A stretch of DNA of 64,000 nt, from positions 59,954,001-60,018,000 of the forward strand of contig NC_042999.1 of NCBI RefSeq assembly GCF_006345805.1, given 5' to 3'. This document shows positions 1 to 13,906 of this stretch, in pieces. The notes under the pieces were generated by a model, which saw only the letters and a program-made list of their open reading frames with translations, was not told the origin of the DNA and did not search any database. This DNA comes from Octopus sinensis (Eukaryota). The number at the start of each line of letters is the position of its first letter. The stretch's first letter is position 1. The position numbers and the translations under genes are program-made.

Positions 1-724
1 AAAGAATTCCAGCTGTGTTGATAGCCCTTTCAGACACAATGTTAAGCAATGTATTTGTCTGTTTTCCTGAAACAGTGAGGCTCAATTCAAGGGAGGGTTA
101 GTCACTTTTCTATTTCTAGAATTTTACTGCTTATTTCTCTCAGATCAAGCAATCATGTACAGAGCCCACTCCTTTTTTTTTTCTTTTTTCTTTTTTTTTT
201 TTCACTGCTGGTTTTCATTCCTTGCAACCTCTTGGAGAGACAAGGAATATGATATGAGAAGAATCTCATAAACTGTTTTGTAAAATATATATCAGTGCAA
301 CTCTCTGTAACTGGTTGAAACTTAAGTCACAGTTCCACTGACTCCAACTTGATCTCATTTATAAAAGTGATATATATATGTATGTGTGTATGTATGTATG
401 TATGTATGTATGTATATATGAAGAGAGTGGAGAGCAAGAGAGTGAGTGCATGAACAAATGAAAGAAGGTAGCACTGAACACATTTGGTTGGAGTCATATG
501 TACATAATAACAGTTTTGACTCGACGTTTCACATAGGGCACATCCACCTTGTCAGTTGTTCAAAGACAGAGGGGAGAGTTTAAAAGAAATTCTAAATGGT
601 TTCTAGGTGTTTAAGCCTCTATTGCTTAGCTACAGTCAAGTGGTTGTAATGCTATCAAAATAGTTGTTTTTTTATTATTAGTTCCTTGAGTTGATGACAG
701 GCTACACTGTGGTATAAATTCCGC

Positions 725-889
725 CTTCTGAGTTCAAATTCCGCTGAGGTCAACTTTGTCTTTCATCCTTTTGGGGTTGATTAAATAAGTACCAGTTACG
801 CACTGGGGTCGATGTAATCAACTTAATCCGTGTGTCTGTCCTTGTTTGTCCCCTCTGTGTTTAGCCCCTTGTGGGTAGTAAAGAAATAG
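725..889 (+). mobile_element. SINE family A copy (5'-truncated, tail type 1)
   Basis: B-box-like GAGTTCAAATTCC, then GAGGTCAACTTTGTCTTTCATCCTTTTGGGGTTGATTAAATAAGTACCAG (Nin/Deu-domain-like from memory), ending TTAGCCCCTTGTGGGTAGTAAAGAAATA; matches many other copies in the window. Confidence 0.85.
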
Positions 890-1624
890 TTATATATATA
901 TATTTAATATATGTACATATGTGTATATATATATATATAATATATGTATGTATATGTTTCTATGTTTGTATATATGTATATTTGTATATATAGATATATT
1001 TGTATGTATGTATATATATATATGGATACATGTGTATATGTATGCACAGACAAATTTATATATATATATATATATATATATATGCATGCACATATATGTG
1101 TTGGAGTTGTACTTGCTTGAGGGAGACTGTGTAGCCGAATAGTTAAGAAGTTTGCTTCAGATTCATGAAGTCCTATCCTAGGTTCAATATCACCATATGG
1201 CATCTTGGTAGCCAGAAACTGTGCTGAAACCCAACAGATAGATTGTAAATGTAATTCAAAGCTACGGCATTGTCACACCTTGTGTCATGCCAATTCTGCT
1301 TGAGAATTAAGTGAAGTGTATATGCGTCTGTGAAATGGTCAGACAAGTGAGTATTAAACATCAAAACTAATTAGATGATATTGTTGTTTGGTAATTGACC
1401 AGATCTGAGGCAGTGCTTTTGAAACTGAGATACTTATATCATTAAAGCATTAACATAAATTACTTTTCTGCAATGGATTAATAGATTTCTCAGAATCACT
1501 CCTATGCCTTTTTATTATTATTGGTTGGAGGTTCCATGTGTTTTTGGTTAAACTAAACAAACTAAAGGATTGAAAGTAAAAAACAAATTATTATTATTAT
1601 TATTATTATTTTTATTTTTATTAT

Positions 1625-3290
1625 TAAGCCAGATAAAATGCTTCACAACATGTCTTCTGGTTGGTTTTACATTCTGAGTTCAAATTCCATTGTGGTTAAA
1701 TTGCCTTTCATCCTTTCAGGGCCAATAAAATAAGTACCAGTTGACTACCCAGGGTCAATGTTATCAAGAAGTCCCCTACCCACAAAATTTCCCACCATGT
1801 TCCTAGAGTAGAGAAAATTATTATTGTTATTATTAAGGTGCCAAACTATCGGAAACATTACCATGCCAGACAAAAGACCTCACAGCATGTCATCCATCCT
1901 TACATTATGAGTTCAAATTAAGCTACAGTTGACTTTACCTTTCATCTTTTAGGGGTCGATAAGTACTAGTCAAGGTGTGGAGTCAGTGTATCCCCCCAAA
2001 TTTCTGGCCTTCTGCCTATAGTATAAAGAATTATTAATTTTTGTATTGTCCCTCTCATCCTTCGCCCTTGTGGCAAATAAATGAAATAATAATTATTATT
2101 ATTATTAAGGTATTGGATTGACAGAATTATTAGAGCATTATCCAAGATGCCTTATGGTATTTAGTTGTTGCTCAAGCCTTCATGAGATCAACTTTGACTT
2201 TCCTCCAGGGTTGATAAAACGAAATACCAGTCATATAACGGGATCACAGTTCTGTGTCTTTTTTCATAGTCTTTATCATTTCTTTCTTCCCTTCACTCGT
2301 ATCATTGTCTCAAATGGGTTTTTTTTTCCGCAGAATTGGTATTTCATTTGGATCTATGCATTTTGAGTTCAAATTCTGCCATGGTCAGCTTTTGTTTTTC
2401 ATCTCCTTCCAAGGCTGATAAAACACAGTACCATAATACTGGACATCAATTTGTCATTTTCCCTTCCTACAAATGAGTACCAGTCGAGCACTAGAAGCAA
2501 TTGTAATGAACTTGACCCTTCACCTTAAAATTGCTGGCTGTGTGCCAAAAGTGGAAATCATTATTATTGTTATTGAAAGGTGTGATGCCTTAGTGTGTAT
2601 ACACATGCATACATCTCAGAACATATATATATATATATAAACAAATTCTGCTTGTAAGTACTATTGTGTCCTTTGGTCAAATTCTTCTTCATTATGTATT
2701 TAGTACTATACTTTGTTTTAGTCACTAATGCCTAGGCCAGGCTGGAGTACCACCTTCATGAGCAATTGAATTATTATTATTATTATTATTAAGGCAGCAA
2801 GCTGACAGAGTTTTTAGCATGAAGGATAGAATACTTAGTGGTATTTCGTCTGTCACTACGTTCTAAGTTCAAATTCTGCTGAGGTTGACTTTATCTTTCA
2901 TCATTTTGGGGGTCGATATATTCGACTAGTCCCCTACAAAGAATTTTCAGGCCTTGTGCCTTTAGTAGAAAGGATTATTATTACTATTATTATCATTATT
3001 ATCATGATTATTATTATTATTATTATTATTATATTATTATTATTATTATTATTAAGGTGGTGTGCTGGTAGAATTGTTACCATACCTAACAAAATGATTA
3101 GCAGTATTTTCCCAACTTTTTACATTCTGAATTGAAATTTGCTGAGGTCATCTTTGTTTTTCATTCTTTTGGGTTTGATAATTAATTAAGTACCAGTTGA
3201 GCAATGGGATTGATGTAATTAACTTCACCCTCCCTTCAAAATTTCTGGCTTTGTACCAAAATTAGAAAGAAATATTATTATTATTATTGT
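1625..3290 (+). mobile_element. Cluster of about 6 diverged SINE family A copies in the same orientation, separated by (ATT)n tails
   Basis: Repeated AAGG..GCTG.CAGA..T.TTAGC head, GAGTTCAAAT..GAGGT..ACTTT.C.TTTCATC core, and CCCCAAATTTC.GGCCTTGTGCC..AGTAGAAAGGATTATTATT tail. Confidence 0.8.
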
Positions 3291-3959
3291 TATTTTTATC
3301 ATCATTAAATAATAGAAAGAAAAATTATTGTAATGTACATTGTCGGGTATTGTGCTGTGACAATAAATAGAGGCTGTTGGTAAGCAAAATCTGCAAAAGG
3401 GTTTCAGTTCTTATGAGGAACCACTATCAGTAAAGCCTTGGGAAAAAATGCATGAATGTCACCTGTCCTCCATTTTCTCTCTCCAATATATATATATATG
3501 TATGTATATATTTACATTTATATCCCATATGAATTTGAGGTGCCATGTCTATCTAAGAATTCATAATTATTATTGTTATTATTAATTTCTTTTTTGTTTT
3601 CAAATATCAAACCATTTTAATGGGTTGTTTTCTTTGATTTTATTTTTGTTGTTTTTTTTTAAACTTTTGGTGATGTTTTTGAGAGTTGAAAGATACAAAG
3701 AAAAAAACAAAGAAATTATTGAATGCATGTGTTGTTTGTTTTATTTTTGTTTGTATTGTTTTTTCTTTATTGTTGTGGCTTTTATCCTTTGTCAGTTTAC
3801 AATATGACAGAAAATACATATACATAACTCTGTGTGTATGCTATGTATACACACATTTGTGAGTGTGTGTATGTATATCCATCTATCTATCTATCTATCT
3901 ATCTATTGTATATCTTCCTGTTAAAATAACACTGGTGCTGGTGGTGGTGGTAGCAACAT

Positions 3960-4350
3960 GGGTGTGGTGAGGTGAAGGAAAAAAGAAAGAGTAGAAGAAG
4001 GACAACCAAAAGGGGAATGACAGAGAGAGAGAGAGTGTGTGTGTGTGAGAGAGAGACAGAGAGAGAAAGTAGAAGTCAATGTGGTAATGTGAAAGAGTGA
4101 CTGTTTATATGACAGAGAGAAGGGGAGAGGAAAATTGAGGAGAGATGGGGAAAAGAATAAAATGTGAGAAGGAAAATTTGAAGATAAAGAGAAAGGCAGG
4201 GCTAGACAAAATCTGAAACAAAATAAATTGAGGAGGAGAAAGAGAATGAATGTTTGTGGATCAAATGGAGATAAGAGAGCCGTAAAAGAAATTTGGAAGA
4301 AATAAAGAACAAAAAAATGTGTAGCGAAATAATGAAATTAATGTACAATA
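3960..4350. repeat. GA-rich low-complexity tract
   Basis: Purine-rich (GA)n/(GAA)n-like composition visible in the sequence. Confidence 0.7.
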
Positions 4351-5797
4351 TAAAAAAAAAGAAAAAAAAATTCTGTCTTTTTTCTGTCTCTCTGTGTTTT
4401 ATATGAGATAGAAGGTAACCAAGATTTCAGCAAGGAGCAGAGGGAATGAATGTGGTTTTATTGGAAAAACATATTTTTCAAGAAATATGTTCATTTTTAT
4501 TATTATTCAGCGCTTTTAAGAAATGTTAGTTAATGTTTGAACATATATGTTATCTTGGCCAGAAAAATAGTAATGATATATCTTGAAAATTAATTAATAT
4601 TTTAAAACTGAATTTTTATATTTAAAAAATAAATGGTTTAATAATCAATATCTGTTAATGACGACTTCCATCTCTCAGCATACTTTTGGCAAATCTCTTA
4701 TTGACAATTCCTTTCTGTGGCTGTTGAGAACCAGCAAGTATTTAAAGGGTATTTAACGCTAAAATTACTTGCGCCAACAGTTCTTCTCCAAAAATTAAAA
4801 TTTTCAACACTAGAAAAGAAAATGTTAATATTTGAATACAAACACACTCTGTGTGTGTATTTGTGTACAAGTGTGAACATGATCCTTATTTAATCTTACA
4901 AACCCTAAATAAATATGAAGAGTGGGGAAAAAACTTTATTGGCAAGTCTAAAAAGACGACTGAAAACATTGCAGTAACCAATGGAGATATTTTGAAGTTG
5001 TTGAAGCATAAAAACCTTCTGAGTTAATCCAGACTCATGATTCTGTCATTTTCTTTATACAGTTAATAGCATTTGAAGCATTGAATTTTATTACTGAAAA
5101 AGCATTAACGAGTTAGGTTTGTTAACTCTTTGCCTGTCTTGTGTGTCACATCTGATACCCAAGACACGTCTCCCTGGTGTCCTTGCATCATATATCATAC
5201 ACATTCTCACATTTCTTTTTCTTCAATCGCTAAGGTAACTTGGGTTACTTGTGACTTAGGAAAGCCTTATATAACTCAGAACATACAAAACAAGGGTTAA
5301 TTAAAAGTCTAAAGCATGGATGCTTAGGACAAACTCAAGGAAATGCTTTGTACTGGCAAATGATTAAACAGTCAGAATTGTTACCTAGCTTTAGGAACAG
5401 TGATTCTTTAAATGGTATTCAGCAAAAATATATTCACGTACATTTTCCTTCTCTGCTATTACTAGATGGGATTTGAATCAGAGATTTGTGAATCAAGTAA
5501 AGAAATGATTTTTAAAGCAAAATGCAATAGCTACAGGCCAGATAGACTATATTATTCAGTGACTCATGATTATGATATTCATATTACCTGGACTATAGAC
5601 CTCCTGGGCAGTAGCAGTACACATTCTATGTATGTATATCAAACGGAATATGTACAGTGAGGTTGGGCACACACACACACACACACACACATGGATAGCA
5701 GATATGAATATTAATCAGATGTAGTGTTACATAACTGAATATTTGTTCTACAAAATCTATGTATACATGTATGTGTGTGTGTGTTATATATATATAT

Positions 5798-6180
5798 AGG
5801 CACAGGAGTGGCTGTATGGTAAGAAGTTTGCTTCCCAACCACATGGTTCCAAGTTCAGTCCCACTGCTATAGTGTCTTCTACTATAGCCTTGGGCCGACC
5901 GAAGCCTTGTGCACAGATTTGGTGAATGGAAACTGAAGCCACTCATATATATGTATATATTTATGTGTGTATGTGTCTACGCCCCCCCCCATCACTGCTT
6001 GACAACCAGTGTTGGTGTGTTTACATTCCTGTAACTTAGCAGTTTGGCAAAAGAGACTGATAGAATAAGTACTAGACATAAAAAAACAAATCCTGAGGTT
6101 GATTTGTTCGACTAAAACCCTTCATGGTAGTGCTCCAGTATGGCCACAGTCAATGCCTGAAACAAGTAAAAGAATAAAAG
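5798..6180 (+). mobile_element. SINE family B (tRNA head, CORE-like block, internal microsatellite)
   Basis: AGGCACAGGAGTGGCTGTATGGTAAG head, GGTTCCAAGTTCAGTCCC B-box region, internal (TA)/(TG)n, 3' end GCTCCAGTATGGCCACAGTC..TGAAACAAGTAAAAGA. Confidence 0.85.
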
Positions 6181-6232
<52 letters not shown>

Positions 6233-7122
6233 AAATATATAGATGTATATGTATGTTTATATATTTATGAGCATGCATGTGTGGTTGCAATGAATTGAGA
6301 AGCTGTAATACTATTCTTTTCTTCTTTCTTCTCTTTCGGTTGGACATCGTTTCAGAAACCATCCGCTGTTTGAAAACAATAGCTATCATTAGTGGAACGG
6401 TAACATTTCTCTCAGTAACCAGATGCCATTCTGTGACAATAGCTTAGCATTGAAGGATTAAAAAAAAGAAGAAGAAAAAATACGGAAAAAGGGTTTTCCG
6501 TTCTGTGATAAATAGATAAAAGTTAAAGCAAAACGGGATTCAAAGTCAATGTTTTGTGTTTTTGAAATTAGAATTAGGTTTATAGAACAATGTAATAAAA
6601 CACAATATATTATCATCCCCCCCCCCCTCTTTTAACACCCTATAAAATGTTTATTGTTAAAACCCTATAATCATGCTGTGGATTTAACATTCAGAATTAT
6701 GTGTTGTAATGAAGCCTATAAAATATATTTTTGTTCAGCTTCATATCAGCTTTAGTTAAGAAGACCTTTGATCAAAGACATCCAAACCGTGATCATCTGC
6801 TCTTATATTATATACAGCTCTACCTTGCCCTTTGTGTATTTAGAGGGGTTATTTTAGAGTATTTGGTTGCTATTTCAAGCTGGTTAAGTGACTGCTAAGA
6901 GATTCAATCGTTGGTTCTTTATTAAGAATATAGCTTACATTAGTATATATAAACAAAAATGACTGAATCTACATAATAATCATACACAGCTGAATGTTTG
7001 AGACTTGATATACAGCCAAACTGCTTGGCTGTATATCAAACTCAGTTGGTGTTGATGTCAGTTGATGCATATTTCATATACCAAATATGACAGCTTATCA
7101 AGCATTGGTGTGTGTGTGTATA

Positions 7123-7155
<33 letters not shown>

Positions 7156-7474
7156 TTGATATGATTACATTGCATATGCTATCACTTTGAGGATTTTTAC
7201 ATAACCAGGTTCAGCTGCAAACTTGATCTATTTCACTGTATAATCACATGAAGTTACATTCTAAACATGTTTTCCTATCAAACAACAATAGCTGTATAAT
7301 GAAACCTGATGAAGATTTATGCACGTTCTCCTATAGAACGTTGTTTTCACTCTATAAACTCAGCTGTCTGTTCAGTATTTGTTGCTATTAAATGAAGTCA
7401 TAATGAAAACTTAATTTTTATGCTTCAGTCACAAAAGTTATGATGACATGTATGATCTTTCTTGTGACCTTTAA

Positions 7475-7694
7475 CCCTTTTGTTACCAACCTGGCTGAAA
7501 CCGGTTCTGGCTCTGAGTACAAATGTCTTATTTACATAAGTCTTGAATTAGAATCTTCCATTAGAATCTTAGTCACAATTTATGTTCCTAACACTAGCTG
7601 AATGATAAATAAGTTATTTTACTAAATTCTTCGTTATATTTAAAATCAATTGAAAGAAACTGAGCATCTCAACAGAAATATGGTAACAAAAGGG
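7475..7694. mobile_element. piggyBac-type MITE, copy 1 (220 bp)
   Basis: TTAA at 7471-7474 and 7695-7698; perfect 13-bp TIR CCCTTTTGTTACC / GGTAACAAAAGGG. Confidence 0.85.
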
Positions 7695-7725
7695 TTAAAA
7701 TATATAATAGAGAAACAATTCTTAA

Positions 7726-7943
7726 CCCTTTTGATACCAACTTGCCTGAAACCGCTTATGGCTCTGTAGTACAAATGTCTTGTTTTAATAAGTCTTGAAT
7801 TAGAATCTTCCATCAAACCTTAGTCACAGTTTATGTTCCTAACACTAGCTGAATGATAACTAAGTTATTTTATTAAATTCTTTGTTATATTTAAAATTAA
7901 CTGAAAGACAGAGCATCTCAAAATAAATACAGTAATGAAAGGG
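7726..7943. mobile_element. piggyBac-type MITE, copy 2 (218 bp)
   Basis: TTAA at 7722-7725 and 7944-7947; CCCTTTTGATACC...AGTAATGAAAGGG ends; internally homologous to copy 1. Confidence 0.8.
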
Positions 7944-8211
7944 TTAAGATAGATGTGAAGTGTAAGCTAAGGAAGAAAAATAAAACTCATACCTTAGTAT
8001 ACTTGTATGAAACAATCAAACTCGAGATATCAAGTTCTCTCCTCAACCTGGAAAAAACAGAATAAAAAAGGAAACATCTTCTCTCATGCTTGCCACACAG
8101 GGGACTCAGCTAAAGCACCTGAAGACTAGTTTTGGGGTGTTAAACCAAGTGATGTGTTTTGTCTAATATTGCTCAAATGCATATTACTCATAACAGTTAT
8201 TTGGCAAATCA

Positions 8212-8400
8212 TCACCATCATTTAATGTCTGTTTTCCATGCTGGCATGGGTTGTACAGATTGACAAGAGCTGGTGAGCCAGTGGACTACACCAAGTCCAA
8301 TGTTTGCTTTGGCATGGTCTTTACAATTGGATGCCAACCACTTTACAGAGCGAACTGGGTGTCTTTTTCATAGCCACCAACTCCAGTGAGGTCACCAAGA
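8212..8400 (-). mobile_element. SINE family D remnant (RTE-like 3' tail)
   Basis: Reverse complement of CCCATGCCAGCATGGAAAACAGACATTAAATGATGGTGATGAT, the tail seen in + copies at 22285, 23085 and 24792. Confidence 0.7.
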
Positions 8401-8605
8401 AATTTACAAGAAAACATTCCTTGGATGATCAGGATGTAGTATTAAGGGAAGTGTCTTTATGTCAGGTGATGAGAGACTAAATTATAATAGAGGTACAGGA
8501 ACAAGTAGCTTATTATAGGGAAGAAACATGGTTACCTCAGTTGGGGAAGAGAGAAACCAAATATTACACAGGCAATTATTTTATTACCATATACATATTC
8601 AAACT

Positions 8606-8895
8606 GTGGAGGCACATTGGCCCAGTGGTTAGGGCAGCAGACAGGCGGTTGTAGGATGGCAGTTTCAATTCCCAGACAGGGCGTTGTGAGTTTTTATTGA
8701 GCGAAAACACCTAAAGCTCCAGCAGGGGGTGGCGGCAATCCTTACTGTACTCTTTCGCCGCAACTTTCAGTCTTTCTTCTGTTGGCCTGCTCGCTTAGCC
8801 AGCGGGGTGGCGTCATTTGAAGGCTAAAACAATGTGAAGCGCATTGGGACCAGCGATGTGTAGCAACATCTGATAGCCTGGTTGGTCATGGTGAT
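8606..8895 (+). mobile_element. tRNA-headed SINE (family C-related head, distinct body)
   Basis: TGGCCCAGTGGTTAGG A-box, GTTTCAATTCCC B-box-like motif, GC-rich body. Confidence 0.7.
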
Positions 8896-9134
8896 ATATA
8901 TTCAAACTAGTATTCTCATATTCATTTCTATAGTTACAGCAATTCTACTGTTGTACCTTCTGGCCTTGGAATTTTGGTCCAAACTCATTTAATCCACAGG
9001 GTAGGTTGTTCTCATTCTATTCTCCACCCAAGGAATACTTGACTTTTGGAATTATAACAAGCAAGATAAGGACACTAGTCCGAATATATTTGTGTATGCC
9101 TGTCTTCATTTAATATCGGTATTTGACTCCATTA

Positions 9135-9366
9135 AGACGATGAGCTGGCCAAAACATTAGCATGCTGGGCGAAATGCTTAGCAGTATTTCATCTGCCGCT
9201 ACGTTCTGAGTTCAAATTCCGCCGAGGTCAACTTTGCCTTTCATCCTTCCGGGGTCGATTAAATAAGTACCAGTTACGCATTGGGATTTATATAGTCGAC
9301 TTAATCCGTTTGTCTGTCCTTGTTTGTCCCCTCTGTGTTTAACCCCTTGTGGGTAGTAAAGAAATA
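9135..9366 (+). mobile_element. SINE family A, full length, tail type 1, 17-bp TSD
   Basis: TSD GGTATTTGA(C/T)TCCATTA at 9118-9134 and 9367-9383. Confidence 0.9.
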
Positions 9367-9822
9367 GGTATTTGATTCCATTATGCACTGTGCTAAATGA
9401 ATCAGTGATAAAGGAATTGTTGAACATCTGGAAAAAAATTTGTTTTGTTCCAAGACCTTAAGTTGTCCCGAGCATTATCGGTGGTCATTGAGGTATGTTT
9501 TTGCTGTCCAAACAGAATCTTGGACTGGTCACCTACTTGTGTTATCACAGATCAATTCACAATTAGCCATGTTATCCTGGATCAGTAATAAATGAGAATA
9601 GATGTGTAATAATGATAATTCTCCATCATCTCAGAAATCTAAATAAACAATATTGAGATTTATTTTGCAATATTGCCTAACTGAATTTTACCTTTGAATA
9701 AACAGATGAAAATCTATGCCCTTTATATTCTGGAATATTGAATTAAATTTGTGCAACTAATGGTTATATTCCAAATGGATTCAGATTTTATGGTAGTTTC
9801 GCAGACATGAGATTTATATTAA

Positions 9823-10200
9823 ACTAGCACTATGACCCGGCGTTGCCGGGTCATAGTGCTAGTACATGCATATACAGCTGCGTGCGTGCGCACATACACG
9901 TAAGTACTGTTCAAATCTCCAACCAATCACATACAGCTAGCTGGCATTCAATTGGTGTATCAAGTTTTGGGCATTTTGATTGGGTTTTGGATAGAAAATT
10001 CACAAAAAAGTCACTTCTATTGGTTTTTTAATGGCTTTGCGGGATGACTGGGGAAATGTAAAGATGTACACGACCACCCTTGGACGGTTTTGAATAACCA
10101 TAGAAAGTGCAAGCCCTCTAACTGGGAAAAATTGTAGATTTGTATAAAGGACACACACACACACAGACATTTTGCCATTTATATATATATATAGAGAGAT
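9823..10200 (+). mobile_element. Putative non-autonomous Helitron/Helentron-like element with a perfect 5' hairpin
   Basis: Starts ACTAG with a 19-bp perfect inverted repeat; ends (CA)n-CAGACATTTTGCCATTTATATATATAG, resembling Lep1/HINE-type elements (family assignment from memory). Confidence 0.55.
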
Positions 10201-10317
10201 ATCATATAATCAATGGGAGTCAAACATAATTCTTATATATAATAAGCATCATGTCAGTACACTGTCTTGTTGCATTTTTAAACACTAGTTCTTCATTCTA
10301 CATTACAGATACTAGTG

Positions 10318-10570
10318 TGATGGCATGTGTCCTGGTGGTTAAGGTGTTGCTCTCTTGATAGTGAGAGTGTGGGTTCAGTTCATGGACCGATTGGTGTGCT
10401 ATGTTCTTGAGCAAAGCACTTTATCTCATGTTATTCTGTGATCACTTCAACATCTGATATGTGGCTCACTGTACACTTGTTTCACAGAAAGAGTGAGTTA
10501 AATTTCAGTTCAAACATTCGATCACTATTAACAAAATCATCTGCACAGAAATTGCAACACCATCTTTCTT
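10318..10570 (+). mobile_element. Old SINE family C-like copy
   Basis: GGTGGTTAAGG A-box region, GGGTTCAGTTC, TGTTCTTGAGCAAAGCACTTTAT CORE-like block. Confidence 0.65.
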
Positions 10571-10611
10571 AGATTTGAGAGACCCCTACAATGATTATTA
10601 TCATTATTATT

Positions 10612-10892
10612 AAGGTGGCAAGCTGGCCGAATCATTAGCATGCCAGGTAAAATGCTTAGTGGTATAGGCGACGAGCTGGCAGAATCGTTAGCATGCTGGG
10701 CGAAATGCTTAGTGGTATTTCGTCTACTGCTACATTCTGAGTTCAAATTCTGCTGAGGTCGACTTTGCCTTTCATCGTTTCGGGGTTGATAAATTAAGTA
10801 CCAGTTACACACTGAGGTAGATGTAATCGACTTAATCCCTTTGTCCTTGTTTGTCCCCTCTACATTTAGCCCCTTGTGAGCAATACAGAAAT
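10612..10892 (+). mobile_element. SINE family A copy preceded by an older family A head (junction at GGTAT)
   Basis: Two successive heads: AAGGTGGCAAGCTGGCCGAATC...GTGGTAT then AGGCGACGAGCTGGCAGAATC. Confidence 0.8.
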
Positions 10893-12112
10893 AAAGGAAC
10901 TGATGGGCCTAAGGACTGCATTGTGCTCCAAAGTCTGCTTTGTCATTGTCTGTTTACAGCTGGATGCCTTTCCTTATGCCAACCCTTTTACAGCATGTTC
11001 TGGGTGCTTTTTTCATGTCACTAGCAGTACGGAGGTCACTGGGCAGCTTGTAAAACTATGAGCTCCAAGGGAAACAATTTTATGCTGAGTGATAAGGAGT
11101 AAAATATGAGAGACAAAGGTAAGAAACGGGTTTCTTGATGTAGACGAGCTACACAACTACTTATATGTTAGAAGAGTGGGTAGGATTGAAGGGGTGGCGT
11201 TGTAAAGCAAGAAAAATAGTAGTGATGAGGTGTCAGGGTGGACCGTCAAGGTACAAGGTGGGTAGGAATAAATGGGGTGGAAAAGTAGGTGACAGACAGT
11301 TTGAGGAAACAGAATAGTAACGATACCTTAAAAAAGGGGAGGATATGAAAAAATGGAGTGAGACAACATGCAAGGGTCAGGATCAACTCTACCTTTCATC
11401 CTATAGAAATGTTTAAAAAGACATACCAGTGAAATGCCGGGAATAATTTAATTAACAATACTCTTTCCTAATATATTTTTTAATTGGTCCTTATATTTAA
11501 AAAAAATCAGTTATAATTGCTTCTATTAATTTCATGATCGTTACATTTAACCTTAACCAGTCTCTTCTAAATTCAAAATATTTATCATTGGAAATATGTA
11601 TAATTCACTTCAGTATACCAGACTTGGGAGACTAATAGATAAAATACTGTCAGGTGCTCTGTTATAGGCCTTTACAATTTGAGTTCAAATCCTGTGGAGG
11701 CTGGCCTCACTTTTCAATTCATTTTTTCACTGGTTTTCATGAAATAACTACCTGGCAAGTACTGAAGGAGTGTGGGTGGGGTTGGGTATTTACTCGACTC
11801 AACACCCCCTCCTCTCCCTCAATATGTATGGTCTTGTGTTCTATCTAAGGAATCATGTTATTCTAAATATTTGATACTGAGATGTTTCTCAAACAAAGAA
11901 CTTGAATTTTATCAATATAGATATGTAGTGTGTGTGTATATATATATATATATTGTGTATTACACATAGTTTATAATATATTTATATAGCATAAAAGTTA
12001 CATATATTTTATGATATATAGTCATATAAAATTTATATAGCATACAAATCTGTGAGTAAGTAAAGATATATATATAAATATATATGTATGTATGTGTATA
12101 TATATATGTATG

Positions 12113-12146
<34 letters not shown>

Positions 12147-13521
12147 TGTTTAAATATATATATAAAATGTATATATAGATATATAAAATAAATGTTTATT
12201 TATAGAGATACATATCTAAAAAGTTATTGCTGAATAATATAAACTAACTTACAAACACTTTTAAGCATTGAAATATTTTCAAAAGTAAAATACGCATAAT
12301 GAAACACGTTAGCAAAATAAAAAGAAAAATGGCATAAATGAATAAATGATATCAAAAGAGATATGCTGGGCAAGAAAAGAAAAGAAAAAAAGTGGAAAGA
12401 AAATACAATATTAAAACAAGGAAGAAAAACTTAAAGAAATGAAATTGATGTAGAATATGAAGAAGCCAAATTCCAAAACCAATAATCAGCAGAAATTTCT
12501 ATAACCAGAGAAAAAAATGAATTCTTCCACATCTTACCCAACCCAAAACATTGCTGGTTTTGTCAAAGACAAGAAGAATATATAATATATAGAAGATAAA
12601 GAAAAATTCATATAATATACTATGTGTGTATATATATATATATATATTGTATTTAATTTAAGAACAGAGAGAGAAAAAAAACTTATAATTCCTAGAATGA
12701 ATGTTGGAAACAACATTTATAGAAGCATACACATGATGAGTGTATTATATAATAATGCATTTATGCGTTAAATGTGTGTATATATATATATATATTTACA
12801 TATGCACGTATATATTTATATTTATGTAAGTGCATGCATAGTAAATATAAATATATGGAAAGATGTTTTCATTATTATGGAAACAAAATGCCTGAACAAA
12901 AAAAATAATAATAATGATAATAAAAATATAGACAATAGAATATTTTTAAAGAGTATACTCTAAAATTAGGTAAACAAATACCCTAAAAGAAGAAGCCTAA
13001 TATTTTCTGAAGTTACAGGAAAAGAAAATTAAGAAAAGACAGAATATAAATATTTCTATGTAACCTGTACCAACAAAGAATTATATTAAATATTTTCGAA
13101 AAACTGAATGTTATAAAGCTTTAGAATATATTTCAAAGTAATATAGCTATCCGTATATCTATCTGTCTGTTTGTCTATCTATACACATATAAACATATGC
13201 ATATATATATATAATATATATATATTTCTAAACTGTCTGTCTGTCTGTCTATCTGTCTATCTATCTACTTGTCTATCTATGCGCCTATCTATTTCTCTTT
13301 ATCATCCCCCATGTGTAAGTGCATATATATATGAATATATATCTACACATACTCATATGTATATATATATATATATATATATTTCTATATATATGCAAAA
13401 CTAAAAGAGAAACCATTGAATGTAGACCAGTGAAAGAGTTATCAAGTAAATATTTTTTAACAATTCTTGAGAACCACACATAATATATTTATATTTATGT
13501 GTGTATGTGTATATATATAAT

Positions 13522-13557
<36 letters not shown>

Positions 13558-13906
13558 CATATTTGTTATGTCATACAGAATATATTCTATATATTCTGAA
13601 AAACACATTATACATGCACATTCACACACACACACACACACACATATAAAACATGCATATGCACTCACATATACCAGTAATACATGCACACAAGTATTTC
13701 TTCTACTCTAAATAGTGTAAATACACATTGTCAAGTTCAATAATGATCTTACTGTTTGCTACATTTGCAGAAAATTCTTGTGTAACTAACAAAGGACAAA
13801 CCAGTGCAGTAATGAAATTTGTCTCCATTTACCATTCAAAGACATTTCTGACACACAGCACTATAAATTATTGAAATCAGAAAAATAGTTTACCATATGA
13901 ATCATC

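Noticed and set aside
5122-5300. TTAA-CTCTTT...AAGGG-TTAA segment resembling a piggyBac MITE
   Set aside because: Beyond 3-5 terminal bases the ends are not complementary, so it is too weak to call.
7311-7345. CTGATGAAG followed by an ACGTTCT/AGAACGT stem, as a hammerhead
   Set aside because: No GAAA in the right position and no stem I; compatible with chance.
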